Source of the DNA: Eledone cirrhosa
Taxonomy: Eukaryota
Assembly (NCBI GenBank): GCA_964016885.1
Contig: OZ024740.1
Span: 75,516,001 to 75,580,000 of the forward strand
Direction of reading: 5' to 3'
Length of the DNA: 64,000 nt
Under the pieces are notes generated by a model. That model saw only the letters and a list, made by a program, of their open reading frames with translations, had not been told where the DNA came from and made no database searches. This document shows positions 48,005 through 61,650 of this stretch, one piece after another (within the stretch, counting starts at the first letter, position 1; every line of letters begins with the position of its first letter). The position numbers were made by a program, and so were the translations under genes.

Positions 48005-48296
48005 CACAAGCTTGCCAGTTACGTAAGTCTGATATTTGATTTCGGATTCATAGAAACACTTTAAACGTTTAATGTTTGATTTGCCCAGGTGTATTTTTTC
48101 AACCTGTTAGTTCTTTCGTTACTTTGGTATTGTGTGTTAGATTTTGCCTACCACAATGTTCAATTTGTCAAGCTATTTAAACGTATGTTATTAATCTGAG
48201 GACCTACCTTGTCGAGTGCTTTGCTAACTCATTCATATCGTAGGTCGAATTTGCTTTCACACCGCCAAGGATTCGATTTTACTAAGCCTCCAAAAT
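48005..48296 (+). mobile_element. 3' half of family A unit, fused to a PLE RT
   Basis: Closely matches about 23708-24010, including the 3' half of the HHR, and ends at the end of the terminal repeat. Confidence 0.85.
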
Positions 48297-50093
48297 GAGG
48301 GAGCAGCCATTGGCGTCAGCATAGCTGGTGATGTTGCCAACCTTTTTATGGTATGGTGGGAAAGGAGACTTAAAGATCTCCTTAATGAGAGCTCCATAGA
48401 CCTCATCATGTACTCTCGTTACGTAGACGATATCAATATAGTTATAAGAACATCCCCACTAGAGAGCACTAACAAGTTTGATTTAGAACGTAGCACAATG
48501 GAAAGCATCCAGCAGATAGCTAATTCCATACACCAGAGTATAACTGTAACTATCGACTACCCTTCCAAACACCCTAACAATAGACTACCTGTATTAGACA
48601 CAGAACTCTGGATTAACACTATAGACGAGAGAGCCCAAATTCTCCAATCACACTATGCTAAACCCATGGCCTCCAAATACCTGATACTTAAAAACTCAGC
48701 AATGTCCAGTTGTGCTAAGTTTAATATTCTGATCGCAGATTTGGTACGAGTGATGAAGAATGTGTCCCGCATGTGCGACCCAACAGAAATGAAAAGATAC
48801 ATCCAACACTTCATCAACCGCATGCAGTTCTCTGGCTACAACCAAAGAGACAGAGTCAGAATATACGAAGGAGCCATGGAAAAGTATAAGACCCTCATAG
48901 AACTGGACATGAAAGGAATTTGCCCATTATACAGGAGCAAATCATGGAATAGCTTAGATAGGGCTAGACATAAGATAGGGAAAGCCACCTCATGGTACGA
49001 TAACCAGAGATACCAGAGTGTCATGTTTGTGGATGCTACCCCCGGAGGGAAATTAGCTAACCAGCGTAGAAAGGCCCTGCGAGAGACCCACTTAAAGATT
49101 AAGGTGGTAGAAAAGCCAGGAACAACCATAAAATCCCTGATCAGCAAAACCTACCCTTTTAAGAAAACCCACTGTACTAATAGGAAATGTATCATATGTA
49201 AGGTAAACCCCCGGATAAACAGTAAAACTAGAAACGTAGTCTATAGCATAAGATGTATAGAGGGTACTTGCAGAAACATGACAACAATATACATAGGCGA
49301 GACAGCTCGTAGCATAGCTGAAAGGATAGACCAACACCGGGGGGAACTAAAAGGACGAAAAAACGGGTCAGTACTATACGAACATGCCAGACAACAACAC
49401 GACGGTAACATAGACAACATAGAAATTAGAATAATATCTAAACATAGAAATGACCCAGCAGATAGGCAAATCAGAGAGGCCAGTGAAATAGAACTTAGAA
49501 GGCCAAGACTAAACAGAAAGAATGAATGGAATAACAACACCCAAACAAACAACACTGACCTAAGAGAAGTATAAATAAATAAATAAATAGATAAATAAAT
49601 AAATACATACACAAGCACAATAACAACAAACACATATAAACACACACTAGTAAAGATAAAATACATTAACCAATACACAGTCACCCAATCACGAACACAC
49701 ATCAAACAAAACACTATACACACACGCAAACGCATGCGCAAAGAAGACAAAATAAAATAAACAAACAAACAAATAAATAAATAAATAAATATATAAACAG
49801 ACTAAATAAAGATGGCGTAGACATACAATGTAACGGGAGGAAACAATAGCACCACTGACGATGTTGCAGATGTGCAACGAAAGAACTTTGATAAACTATA
49901 TATATGTGTTTGTGTCTATATTGTATCTGTATTATTTTTGACCGTTGGTCAGTCAATGGCAACATTGAGGACCGAATAAATTAGATTACCGATATAAAAG
50001 ACACAGAAGCGAAAAGCGAAAACCAACCAAACAGTGAGTGTGTTCTGTTATTAATTCTGGCAATATTACACAAATATGACCCTCCCCAAGTAT

Positions 50094-50098
<5 letters not shown>
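48297..50098 (+). mobile_element. 5'-truncated PLE (Neptune-like Cys linker), ORF to 49574, HHR in 3' UTR
   Basis: EGAAIGVSIAGDVANLFM, YSRYVDD, CTNRKCIIC linker, VVYSIRC....C....IYIGETARS...R..QH, R.IRE...I....P.LN. Ends at (TA)n. Confidence 0.92.
49851..49892 (+). ncRNA. Minimal hammerhead ribozyme in PLE 3' UTR
   Basis: acca-CTGACGA-t gttgca gatg tgcaac-GAAA-gaac-TT-tgat. Confidence 0.7.
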
Positions 50099-50162
<64 letters not shown>

Positions 50163-50193
50163 ATATTAATAAATGGAGACTATATTTATAAAA

Positions 50194-50246
50194 CCATATT
50201 TATTTCAAGGATACCAAATTACATTATGGCATGCCTTCATCAGACA
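50194..50246 (-). ncRNA. Degenerate hammerhead ribozyme
   Basis: Reverse complement: CTGATGA-aggcatgcca...tggtatcctt-GAAA-taaa-TA. Stem I is unpaired. Confidence 0.45.
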
Positions 50247-50494
50247 AAATAGAATATATAACAGTTTTATAAATAGACATTGACGTACCCCTTTTAAAAA
50301 TTGACCGTTGTTTTTGGAGGCCATCAGGATACCATTACTGGTATTTTATTATATATAATATATATAATACGACATTCCTCTCTCTTTCTTACTCTGTCAT
50401 TTTAGATAGATACATAGCTATAACGCCGCACCCTTATAATATATGTCTGTATGTCTGCCTGTCTGCATTGACTTCGCTTCTAACCAACTTTTAA

Positions 50495-50580
<86 letters not shown>

Positions 50581-50584
<4 letters not shown>

Positions 50585-53500
50585 ATAATAATAAATTTGA
50601 AGACTAAAACCCAAAGAGGGCTCGATAAGGTTAATATGGAGGTGGCCACACCATTAGCTAAGATCTTTCTTTCCCTTATTACGAAGCATTTTCCCCCTAC
50701 ACATAAATATAGTAAAATTTTTAATAGAAATACTATTAAAATGTCCTACTCTACGACTCCTAACCTTGCACATAACATCACAGCTTCAAATTTAGCTAAA
50801 CTACCTAGCCGTAGGAACACGTGCAACCCTGTAGTTAGTACTAACTGTAATTGTAGGAATCGGGTTGATTGCCCCCTATCCAGGAAATGCCTCTCTAGTA
50901 ACATTGTCTACAAATGTAAGGTTGTAACACCCACGTCCCGTAGGGCCTACATAGAGTTAACCGCCAATAGATTCAAGCAGCGTCTTTACATGCATACCCA
51001 TTCTTTTCGTTACCCTCTAAGAAGGAATATGACGTCACTTTCAGCTTATATCTGGAGTCTAAAAGACAACCACACCCAATATAAGTTACACTGGGAGATC
51101 CTAGCTAGGGCTAGATCGTATAACGGAAATAAAAGACCATGTGACCTCTGCGCCGCTGAGGCCCTGGAAATACTCTAGGCCACAGACCACATCTTAAACA
51201 AAAAGTCTGAGGCAATTTCGGCTTGTAAACATAAATTGCACAAAACTTTCCTGTATTACAGCCCGACGTTATACCCTAACGGATAGTACGATCTATACGT
51301 GGATATTTTACGTCTCGATGTGGGAGCTAAGTATATGTTTTGTTTATACCTTTACTTATTTGCATAGGTAAGTATATATTATCCGTATGTTTTGTGAAGG
51401 TACGTATACCTTCTCGTACGTATATTTGATTGTTATGGCGTATAATTTTTTTATATATTCTGGTACATATGGTTCGGCTATGTGTATACGGGAGTTTTGC
51501 GTCTGTGTGAGTATGCAGGTTCGTACGTATGTAGGGCGTGTGTATATGTGTACTTCATGTTTTGGTTGACTTACGTCTCCGAACATTCGTGTATTTACAT
51601 GTAGGTATGTGTGTGCGCTTGTTATATACGTATTTATTTATTTATATACGTTTATATAATTATTTATTTATTTGTATACACGCTTACACACACACACATA
51701 TTTATATGTGCGTCGTTTTGTTTACCTATGGTAAGTTTATGCGTATGCTTGTGTATGTACGTTTTTGTTTGCGTGTATGTATTTATTTATTTCTATTACT
51801 TCTGTATTGTATGTATTTACTTTGTTCTTAACTCCATAGCGGAGATTCATTCGGTCTCCTAGTTAGAATTGAGTCTACGACTTCTGCTATACCATTTACG
51901 TGGTTTTGTCTTTGCGTGGTATTGTTCTCTACGCTCCACATATGACGTATTATCTTCGTTTTTTTCGTTCATTGCCAGAGAACGTCTCTATGCACCACCT
52001 AAGAGAACATTAGTCTACGACCTCTTTTATACCATAAACGTGGTTCTGTCTTTGCGCGTAATTGTTTTTCACCGCTCCTATTAATGACGTATTATATTCG
52101 TTTTTTCCCGTTCTTAGCCAGCGAACGTTTCCACGAACCAAAGTATCGTCTTCCTGTCTTCCTCCGGTTGCAACGTTTTTTGAAATATCCAGTTCTGCGT
52201 TTACAGATTGACTTTGTTAGTTTCAGAAGATCCCGTTAAGGGTGAAAGCAGCGATTCTTTGCTTAAACTTTAATCTGTTATTTTAATAAATATTTGCTCT
52301 ACGGTTCTTATATATTTGATATATATTTATCCTTATCAAGCCCTCTTTGGGTTTTAGTCTTCAAATTTATTATTATTACTATTTGGCTCCCTCGGTTGAG
52401 CACTCTACTGACTTATATTCATCATGCAGAAACAACATCTGAATATTTCTACAAAGAACATACCCGTACCAAGCAGGAAAACATACCTAAAACTCCTGAT
52501 ACAGAAAACAGACGCGTTCATTAAAAGGTTGCGTTGGCGGGCCTTTTACTTCGATAATCCGCGAAAAGCAGACAACAAACAGGATAAATTTGGATTTAAA
52601 ACCTATAATAACCCCCCGTGTAACCCAGCATTGCTACCCTTCGAAAACGATGTCTTGGAACTCATTCGGAGTATCAAATTTTGGAATAGGAGCAATTCCT
52701 TCCAGCAAGACCTGAAGAATAGAATTTGTTCTATTAAGGATTCTAATGCCGTGCACGTCCATTCCGACAAAACTGGCAACCTATATCAAGTGGAGCGCAG
52801 TACTTACCATCAACTACTACATAATGCTGTAACTAAGGATTACCGTAAAACTAATCGGTGATTCATCAATGAAATCAACGATGCTGGGTTTAAAATCACA
52901 TCTGATCTCAACATCCTGGACCGGACCGAACCTCTGGACCCTATTTCTTCCCACTTTACCCTGAAGGATCACAAATCCAATTTTCCGAACAACCTCTCTA
53001 TTCGGCTTATTAACCCTACGAAGTCCGATTTAGGTAGACTTAGTAAGACGATTCTTGATAGAATTATACCTGAAATTAGAAGTTTGGCCCCTCTTGCACT
53101 GTGGAACAATATCCTTCGCGGTGATTGATTGGTTCAACGGCATATGTAACAAGGAACATTGCCGTTTTATCCAATTCGACATCAACAATTACTACTCTTC
53201 CATCACTTTACCACTTCTCCTTAGAGCTATCAATTTCGCTAAAACACTCACAGTGGTTAAGGATTTCGAAGTTGATGTCATCCTCAATGCCCGAAAGTCG
53301 GTGATTAATTTCGACGACTCTATTTGGATTAAAAAATCCAATAGTACCCCATTCGACGTGAGTATGGGCGCCAGTGATTCTGCGGAGGTTACTCATCTTA
53401 TCGGCTTTTTCCTTCTTTTCTCTATCAAGGACGAATTCCCCAACGCGGGCGGTGGTCTGTACCGTGACGATGGTCTTTTGACCATGACTAAGTGCGGACC

Positions 53501-55008
53501 TCGTGCTTGCGACAGGTTCAGAAAAGAACTCACAGCCTTCTTTAAAGGCTTCAACCTCTCTATACAGGTTGAGGCCAATCTCTCCGTCGTTAATTACCTC
53601 GACGTTACCCTCAACTTATTGAATGGGTTGTATTACCCGTATAGAAAGCCGAATGATACGCTTAATTACATAAGTAAGCATTCCAACCATCCTGCCAGCA
53701 TAACCAAGAACCTGGTAAGAAACGTTTCGTTGAGGCTTTCCCGTCTTTCCACCAACGAGCGTATTTTCAACGACCATTCCACTTATTACAATGAAGCTCT
53801 TGCTCGAAGTGGATTTGTCAATAAGGTAGCATATACAGAGTACGAAAATAGACCTAGAAGAAATAGATCCCGTCGCATTTGTTGGTATAACCCACCATAT
53901 AATATGGAGGTGGCCACACCATTAGCTAAGATCTTTCTTTCCCTTATTACGAAGCATTTTCCCCCTACACATAAATATAGTAAAATTTTTAATAGAAATA
54001 CTATTAAAATTTCCTACTCTACGACTCCTAACCTTGCACATAACATCACAGCTTCAAATTTAACTAAACTACCTAGCCGTAGGAACACGTGCAACCCTGT
54101 AGTTAGTACTAACTGTAATTGTAGGAATCGGGTTGATTGCCCCCTATCCGGGAAATGCCTCTCTAGTAACATTGTCTACAAATGTAAGGTTGTAACACCC
54201 ACGTCCCGTAGGGCCTACATAGAGTTAACCGCCAATAGATTCAAGCAGCGTCTTTACATGCATACCCATTCTTTTCGTTACCCTCTAAGAAGGAATATGA
54301 CGTCACTTTCAGCTTATATCTGGAGTCTAAAAGACAACCACACCCAATATAAGTTACACTGGGAGATCCTAGCTAGGGCTAGATCGTATAACGGAAATAA
54401 AAGACCATGTGACCTCTGCGCCGCTGAGGCCCTGGAAATACTCTAGGCCACAGACCACATCTTAAACAAAAAGTCTGAGGCAATTTCGGCTTGTAAACAT
54501 AAATTGCACAAAACTTTCCTGTATTACAGCCCGACGTTATACCCTAACGGATAGTACGATCTATACGTGGATATTTTACGTCTCGATGTGGGAGCTAAGT
54601 ATATGTTTTGTTTATACCTTTACTTATTTGCATAGGTAAGTATATATTATCCGTATGTTTTGTGAAGGTACGTATACCTTCTCGTACGTATATTTGATTG
54701 TTATGGCGTATAATTTTTTTATATATTCTGGTACATATGGTTCGGCTATGTGTATACGGGAGTTTTGCGTCTGTGTGAGTATGCAGGTTCGTACGTATGT
54801 AGGGCGTGTGTATATGTGTACTTCATGTTTTGGTTGACTTACGTCTCCGAACATTCGTGTATTTACATGTAGGTATGTGTGTGCGCTTGTTATATACGTA
54901 TTTATTTATTTATATACGTTTATATAATTATTTATTTATTTGTATACACGCTTACACACACACACATATTTATATGTGCGTCGTTTTGTTTACCTATGGT
55001 AAGTTTTT
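50581..55008 (+). mobile_element. Partial-tandem PLE (Hydra-clade-like): inverted 50 nt, 5' pLTR, full ORF, truncated 3' pLTR
   Basis: 50632-51740 duplicates 53900-55008, and 50581-50630 is the reverse complement of 52331-52380. ORF pieces 52424-54526 have SDKTGNLY, FIQFDINNYYSSI, MGASDSAEV, YRDDGL, CxCx5Cx5C and IVYKCKV..YIE.T..FKQR..H. Confidence 0.92.
52219..52269 (+). ncRNA. Hammerhead ribozyme variant (CAGAAGA core) in pLTR
   Basis: agttt-CAGAAGA-tccc gttaa gggt-GAAA-gca..tgc-TT-aaact. Confidence 0.6.
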
Positions 55009-58000
55009 GCGTATTAATTCTCAACAGGAATGACGTAGAGAGGCTGTCCTGAAAACTGTGGTTTTCAGGACAATATCGAACGTAACAAGAAAACCAGCTC
55101 AATTATCACAAAATGAAATTGAGCTGGTTCTAAAAGACGCAATGTAAACATTTGGTGGATACTATGTGGAATAATAAACTTTGACGAAGACAAGATAATT
55201 TCAATAGGAAAGTCCTCCGGAGGTGTATTTGGTGGGACCATAGTAGAAGTTCTGGTGCAAATGAGCCCAGAACGAATAGCGAATATCCCACAACGCGTGC
55301 CTCTGGACGGGCTAACTTATATAAACATTTCAGTGGAGGGAAGGCGGCCGTCATGTTTCCACTGCTTAAGCAGGGGTCACCTGAGGGCTGCCTCTCCTCA
55401 ATTAACGAGTCAAAAAAAAAAGGCTCTTCTGCCAACCCCGAACACAACAACACAACCACCACCACCACCACAACAACAACAACAACAACACGGAAAAATA
55501 ACAACACAAAACACTGTTCCACCCAACCCCTCCCCACCTAAAACAAATACAAAAGCAACCACAACAAAACCCCAAAATATACCCCTCCCCAACAACACGG
55601 AAGAGGACTCCGTATCAACGTCACCCAGTGACGACGAGGGAGAACCCTTTCAACAGGTGAAAAGGAAAAAAAAAGGCACCACATCAACAAAAAAGCCACA
55701 AACACACAGCCACCAGCACAAACAGAACAAACATCACAAATAAAAAAACCCACCCCTCCCCAAAACATAACACGTACTATAAAACGCAAACACCCGCAAG
55801 AACAACAAACAAAAACAAACACAACACAACAAAAACTCTATACATACATTAACAAGAACAATAAAACGTTGATGAAAGCGATAGAAAATAACCCTTCGGT
55901 GGAAACCGAAGGCATCACTTTCACCTACGCAGCGAACAAACCGCACCTAATGATGATTAGGGTCCCAACGGAAACCTATGTAACTTTGAAAAAGAACCAT
56001 CCAATGCATGTGGGGACCAACTGCACCAAACCACATAACAGCGTCCTATTGAGATGTTTCCCCACCCCCACACCAGACACCCACACCCCACCAAACACCC
56101 TAATCCCACCACACACTGATGTCCTCACCCCACCACAAACCACCACCCCACCAAACAACCCTTCCAACACCCCCATGGAAATTGTGCAGCCTGGCCCCCA
56201 GGAGACGAAGAGGTAAGTAATTTCCTTTCCTCTTCCTTTTTACCTCTTCAGCACCAACATGGCCAATATAAGAGTTGGATGTGTGAATGCACGCAGCTTG
56301 GGGATGTCCTGGAAACAGGGCAAACTCTTAAATGACCTCAGGTCGCACAGAGTGGATGTAATGGTTATTTGCGAGTCCAGGATCAGCAGCGAGCGCCAAC
56401 TGGCCCCCATCTTCGACGACTTTGAGATCTACGCATCTCTCTGTCAGCCGAGGGGTGGGGGTGGGGTTGTCGTTCTGCTGCGAAAATACCTGGGTCTTGC
56501 CACACAGAAGGTACACCTGGACCCGGAGGGTCGACTGGTGGTTTTAGACGTCGGCAGTGGTGAAGGTGGAGCTTTCAGGCTGGTGGCAGCGTATGCCCCA
56601 TCGGGGACACCGCGACCGGACTTCTTCCGACGCCTGGAGAATTTCCTGGGAACGTCTCGCTCCTTGTTTTTAATGGGAGACTGGAATGGTATCCTGGATG
56701 CACGTTGGGACTATGTAGGGGCATGTCCCGATAGAGGGGGGTGTAACAGCCTCAAACGATTAATCGGCCGATTTGATCTGGCCGATAGATATCGACTGGA
56801 TTTTCCGACTGTGCCACGGTGGACGTGGAGTAATCGCAGTGGAACATCCAGGTCGTACCTAGATAGGTTCCTAGTTAGAAATAAGGATAGGGACATATTA
56901 AGCTGTCCACGAATGTTCATGGTTGACTATTCGGATCACAAGTTGTTGACCGGAGTGGTCAACCTTGATAGAACTCATAGACAGGGACCCGGTTACTGGA
57001 AGCTAAACTTGTCTTTACCGACAAACAAAGCTTACAGTAAGCGGATTAGCACACTAGTTAAGCAGCGTTTGACGGGGGCAATTGTCAACAACAGGTGGTG
57101 GGGCTCTCTCAAGAGAGAAATTAGAATAGAATCGATAGGTTTTAGTCGGGAATTAGCATCAGATAGGAATAGAACTGAAAGGGAATTAACAAATAGAGTA
57201 GAAGAGGCGATTAGGAGTGGCAACGTGGCCGGCGTGCTGGCGTCAAGAACGGCCCTAGACCAGTTCTTTGATGCGAAGCACGAGGGCTGCGTTGTCAGGA
57301 GTAAAATACGTGCTCTGGGTAACGCGGGAGCCAAAGCTGTTAGCTGGGCCCGAGTGACAGAGGCAAAAAGTGGAAACAAGTCCACGATTCGGTCTTTGAA
57401 GGACCAGGATGGACGCGTGATCCTTGAACCTGAGCGGATGAGCGCGGCCTTTCAACGGCGCTTTGCACGACTGTTCGGGAGGGGCGGCGGGCCGGCTGGG
57501 GCCATGGATTTCGGTCCATACCTCGACGGTCTGGCGCGGCTCTCGGACGGGGAGGCGAAGTCCTGCGAGAGGCCGATTTCAGCCGCTGAAATAGGGGAAG
57601 CGCTGAGCCAAATGCGGCAAACGCAAATATCCGGGTCTCGATGGTCTACCATACGAACTTTATGTAGCGATGCCGGGCTTGTTCTCCGGTCTCCTCGAGG
57701 CGGTCTACTGCAACTGGCAACAGAACGGGAGAATTCCCAGTTCTGTGACCAAGGGCGTAGTCACGCTGGTGAGGAAGGACGAGAACAAGGGGGATGACAT
57801 AGATAACTTCAGGCCCATAACTCTGCTAAACACAGAGTTAAAGATTTTGGCCAAGGTGTTAGCGAAGAGGTTGGCGCTTGTCGTCGGGAACCTGGTGGGG
57901 GAAGCGCAGACATGCGCAATCCCGTCCAGGTCCATACACGATAACCTCCACCTCATGCGATACATCGTAGAGAGGGTAGGGAACGAACCCGGCTTTGGTG

Positions 58001-59935
58001 GGGCCCTGATCAACTTGGATCAATCTAAAGCGTTCGATAGGGTTGACCATCGGTACCTGGATGCGGTGCTCGCGGCGGCAGGCTTCGGACCCGTTTTCAG
58101 GGGCTGGATTGCTGCAATGCACAGCAGCAACACCTGCTCGAGAGTCAAGGTGAACGGCTACCTCTCGGAGCCGTTCCAAATCACGCGATCCGTTCGACAG
58201 GGATGCCCTCTCTCCTCCCTCCTGTATGTGCTGGCTCTCGAGCCACTACTGAGGAAGCTGGGGCTGTTGCAGGGCATCCCCTTGGAACCGGATTGCGGAA
58301 AGCGGTGTCGGCCTACGCCGATGACGTGACAGTAATGGTGTCGTGCGCCTCGGAAATCGGGCAGATCGGCACCTTACTGGAGGAATATGAAAGGTTTACA
58401 GGAGCCAAGCTGAACCGGGACAAGTCTGTCGGTTTGCAACTCGGGACGTGGAGGGGCAAAACGATGCCCTCTGACGGCATCGTCGGACGCTGGACGGAGG
58501 GACCGGTGAAGCTGCTCGGGGTCTGGTTCGGACCGGACCTCCAGGTGGAGAAAAACTGGGACGATGTAACGGGCAAGGTGTTTGCACTCGCCCAGAAGTG
58601 GGCCGAGTGCAAACTATCCCTGAAAGGTCGAGCGGAGGTGGCGAACGCTTATATAGCGTCCGTCATCTACTACCGCTTGACCGTCGTGCCTTGCCCAGAG
58701 AAAACACTCGCCAAAATGGAACGCGCGCTCTTCCGATTTCTTTGGAAGAAGCGGGCTCCTTTGGTGAGAAGATCCATCTGCTGTCAACACCCTTCGAACG
58801 GAGGGCTGGGGTTGCCGTGGCTGACGATGCGTAGACACGCATTAAGGCTACGGCACCTCCAGGTATTCCTCACCGGTCAGCCGGTGTGGGCCCTGTTTGT
58901 GAGGCGAGCCTTTCCGAGACTCGTCTCCCTCACCGAGCTGAAATCCTGGGTCAAGCAAAGACCGAGAAAAGTGGGCGACTGGCACATTGAATGTGCCCAG
59001 GCGCTCACGGCCCTCTGGCAAGCGGATCCGGCAATCAGTGGAGACTCAACCTCAACATTATATAGAGGGTTCGTGCGCAGTAAGTGCGACGACGCTCTCG
59101 AAGAGGCTCTGGGCATGGAGGAAGACGAGCTGGCCAGTCTGTTCGGTAGGACGTTTGGCCCGGGACCGATGGACAACTTCCAAAAGTCCCTGGCTTGGCA
59201 ATGTTACCGAGGAGCTCTACCCGTTCGGGACAAGCTCTACAGACACGGGCGCCCGGGTAGGGACCCCTCGAAGAAGATCTGTCCAAGATGCGTGCGTGAC
59301 GAGGAAACCGTCGCACGCACATTCGTACACTGCCCGGGCGTTGCTGACCTGTGGGGCTATGTAGAACGACTACTGTCGCGGGTGGGACCAATCCGGTTGA
59401 CCACCGAGAACATTGTCACAATCAAACCGCCTCCCCCTTTCAAAAACGAAGGAGAGGCGGTTTTCCTCTGTGTGATAGCCATGGCGAAAGAAGTTGTATG
59501 GTGGACAAGGTTGAAAGGGCTGAAGTCAGACACCTATCTCTCCGGCCAACAACTGGTCTTTTTTTTCAAGTACCACTTTAGAAGAAGGATCAGAATGGAG
59601 AGAGAGGTGCTCTACTCCAGCAAGTTTTATGAAAGATGAGTGAAAGTAGCGAGAATGGCCCGAGTGAATGGGCCTTCTCTCTATATCAACCTGTAGGTGA
59701 GAGAGGAGAAGAATGAGAAGAGGAAGGAAGCACCCGCTCTTTGTGCTCCTGAAGAGGAGGGTTGCACATTTTTTCGGGGGGTGTGCGACCCATGTCAACG
59801 CCCCTCCCTATTGAGGACATCGATTGTTAAATTTTATTTGTTAAATGTTTTTTACACGTCTTTTTAAATGTATGTAAACTCCCCCCTTTGTATTTGTCCC
59901 AATCTTTGATGCCCTGGTGCAAATAAATAGAAATA
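55009..59935 (+). mobile_element. Tx1/L1-clade LINE, near full length, frameshifted
   Basis: ORF1 pieces include SCFHCLSRGHLRAAS. ORF2 from 56259 has APE motifs (NARSL, CESR, AYAP, MGDWN, YLDRF, SDHK), RT motifs (NFRPITLLN, LDQSKAFDRV, RQGCPLS, AYADD) and C-terminal CPRC....ET....F..C. A-rich end at about 59920-59935. Confidence 0.95.
56259..59696 (+). pseudogene. Tx1-like ORF2 (APE-RT-zf-RVT), split by two frameshifts and one stop
   Basis: ORFs 56259-57797, 57670-58329 and 58203-59639 join into one canonical ORF2. Confidence 0.9.
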
Positions 59936-59939
59936 TATA

Positions 59940-60570
59940 TCTCCTTATATATCCCACTCTCTCTAATAATTCCTCCTCTCTCACTAAAACAACAAGCTCT
60001 CTCCCCCTCACTCTATACCACTACATACTGCACTCTCTCTCACAATTCCCCCTATCTCACTAGACCACCAAATTCTCCCCTCCTCTCTATATACCAGTAC
60101 ATACCTCACTCTCTCTCTCTCTCTTTTAATTCCTCCTCTCTCACTAAACAAACAAATTCTCTCCCGCTCTCTAAATCCCACTACATACCTCACTCTCACT
60201 CACAATTCCCCCTCTCTCAGTAGAACACCAAATTCTATCCCCCTCTCTATATTCCACTACATAACTCACTCTCTTCCACGCACTTAATTCCCACTCTCTC
60301 ACTAGCCCACCAAATTCTCTCCCCCTCACTATATCCCACTACATACCTCACACTCACTCATTAAACCACCAAATTCTTTTCCCCTCTCTATATTCCACTA
60401 CATACCTCACTCTCTTAATTCCCCCCTCTCTATATTCCACAACATACCTCATTCTCTCTCACTCCCACAATACCCTCTCTCTTCTAAACCAACAAATTTT
60501 CTCCCGCTCTCTATATCCCACTATATAGTTCACTCTATATCACAATTCCCCCTCTCTCACTAGGCCACCA
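59940..60570. repeat. CT-rich minisatellite
   Basis: Recurrent cactacatacctcactctc, aattccccctctctcactag and caccaaattctc. Confidence 0.8.
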
Positions 60571-61650
60571 AATGAAAAGACATGATAATATTCAGCATAT
60601 TGTCAGGTATGCCAAGCTTTTTGGGTGTTTCCTGAGAGCTTTGAGATTGACAGTGTCAAAGGTTTTGGTCAAATCGACGAAAACCATAAACATTTTTTTT
60701 TATTATTTAACGAACCTTTTCTGCAGCCTGGCGAAACGAGAAAATGATGCCAATAGTATCCTGACCTATGCGGATATAGTTCTTGAAGAAATGGATTATA
60801 GATGCATCTCTGAAGTCTTGGAGGACATGTTCGACCTTCCAGAGTTCCAGAAATAGTGCCAATCCTTGGATTTATGATGCATCCTTGTTATCTTATAGTT
60901 TGCAGGTTGTTGACAAAAGCTATTAGTGAAAGCAGCCTAAGTTCAGAGCTCCATCTCCATTAAACCCAATAAAGTCATGCCATGCTTGATAGTCATTTCC
61001 AACTCTAACATTGAAATCTCCCATTATCATGAGCTTAATCTTGTATGGAACAATGGAGACCACTGTGTGAAGCTGATCATAGAATGTTCCTATATCCTGC
61101 TCAGATGAATAAAGAGTTGGAGCCTAACAACTTACTATTGTAATAGAGGTGTTGTTTGCTAGATCATTGACACCTTTAGGGAATGATGTTAGTGATCTCT
61201 CAATGTCAGATCTAATGATAAAACCAACACCAGATTGACAGTGGACTTCTTCACTTCTTCCGGACCAGGTTGTTGAGTTTCATCTATGGCACAGATGTCA
61301 ATGTTATATCTGTTGAGTGCACTGCAGATGAGGGCTAATCTTCGCTCCAGATTTGAATGGCTGTCCCGGAATGTTCTAATATTCCAACAATCTAACGTTA
61401 AATGCTTCCTTTTGTTTGGACCGCATATTGAGATAACCAGACAGCCGCGGTTGACTGCCAAGTTAAAAGATTGAGCAAGCATATGTTTAAGGCTCTTTAT
61501 ACCGCCTCCTTCCTGTGTAGAAAATGTAGTGCTATGTCTAAAAAGACCTGCTTTGTCATCATCAGAGGACACAAACAGCACAAATTGCTCATATTTTGAA
61601 CATAAACGGCCATCACCTGATGGTCGCCACTGTGTAGAGCTCCAGCTAAG
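60571..61650 (-). pseudogene. Degenerate RTE LINE 5' region (APE) plus RT scrap
   Basis: LTLDCWNIRT...ERRLALICSALNRYNIDICAIDET. Minus 60650-60690 reads MVFVDLTKTFDTV. Confidence 0.8.

Noticed and set aside
52859-52861. In-frame TGA in the PLE ORF as possible selenocysteine (as in Naiad PLEs)
   Set aside because: It is not at an evident Cys motif, no SECIS was recognised, and the copy has other lesions, so decay is simpler.
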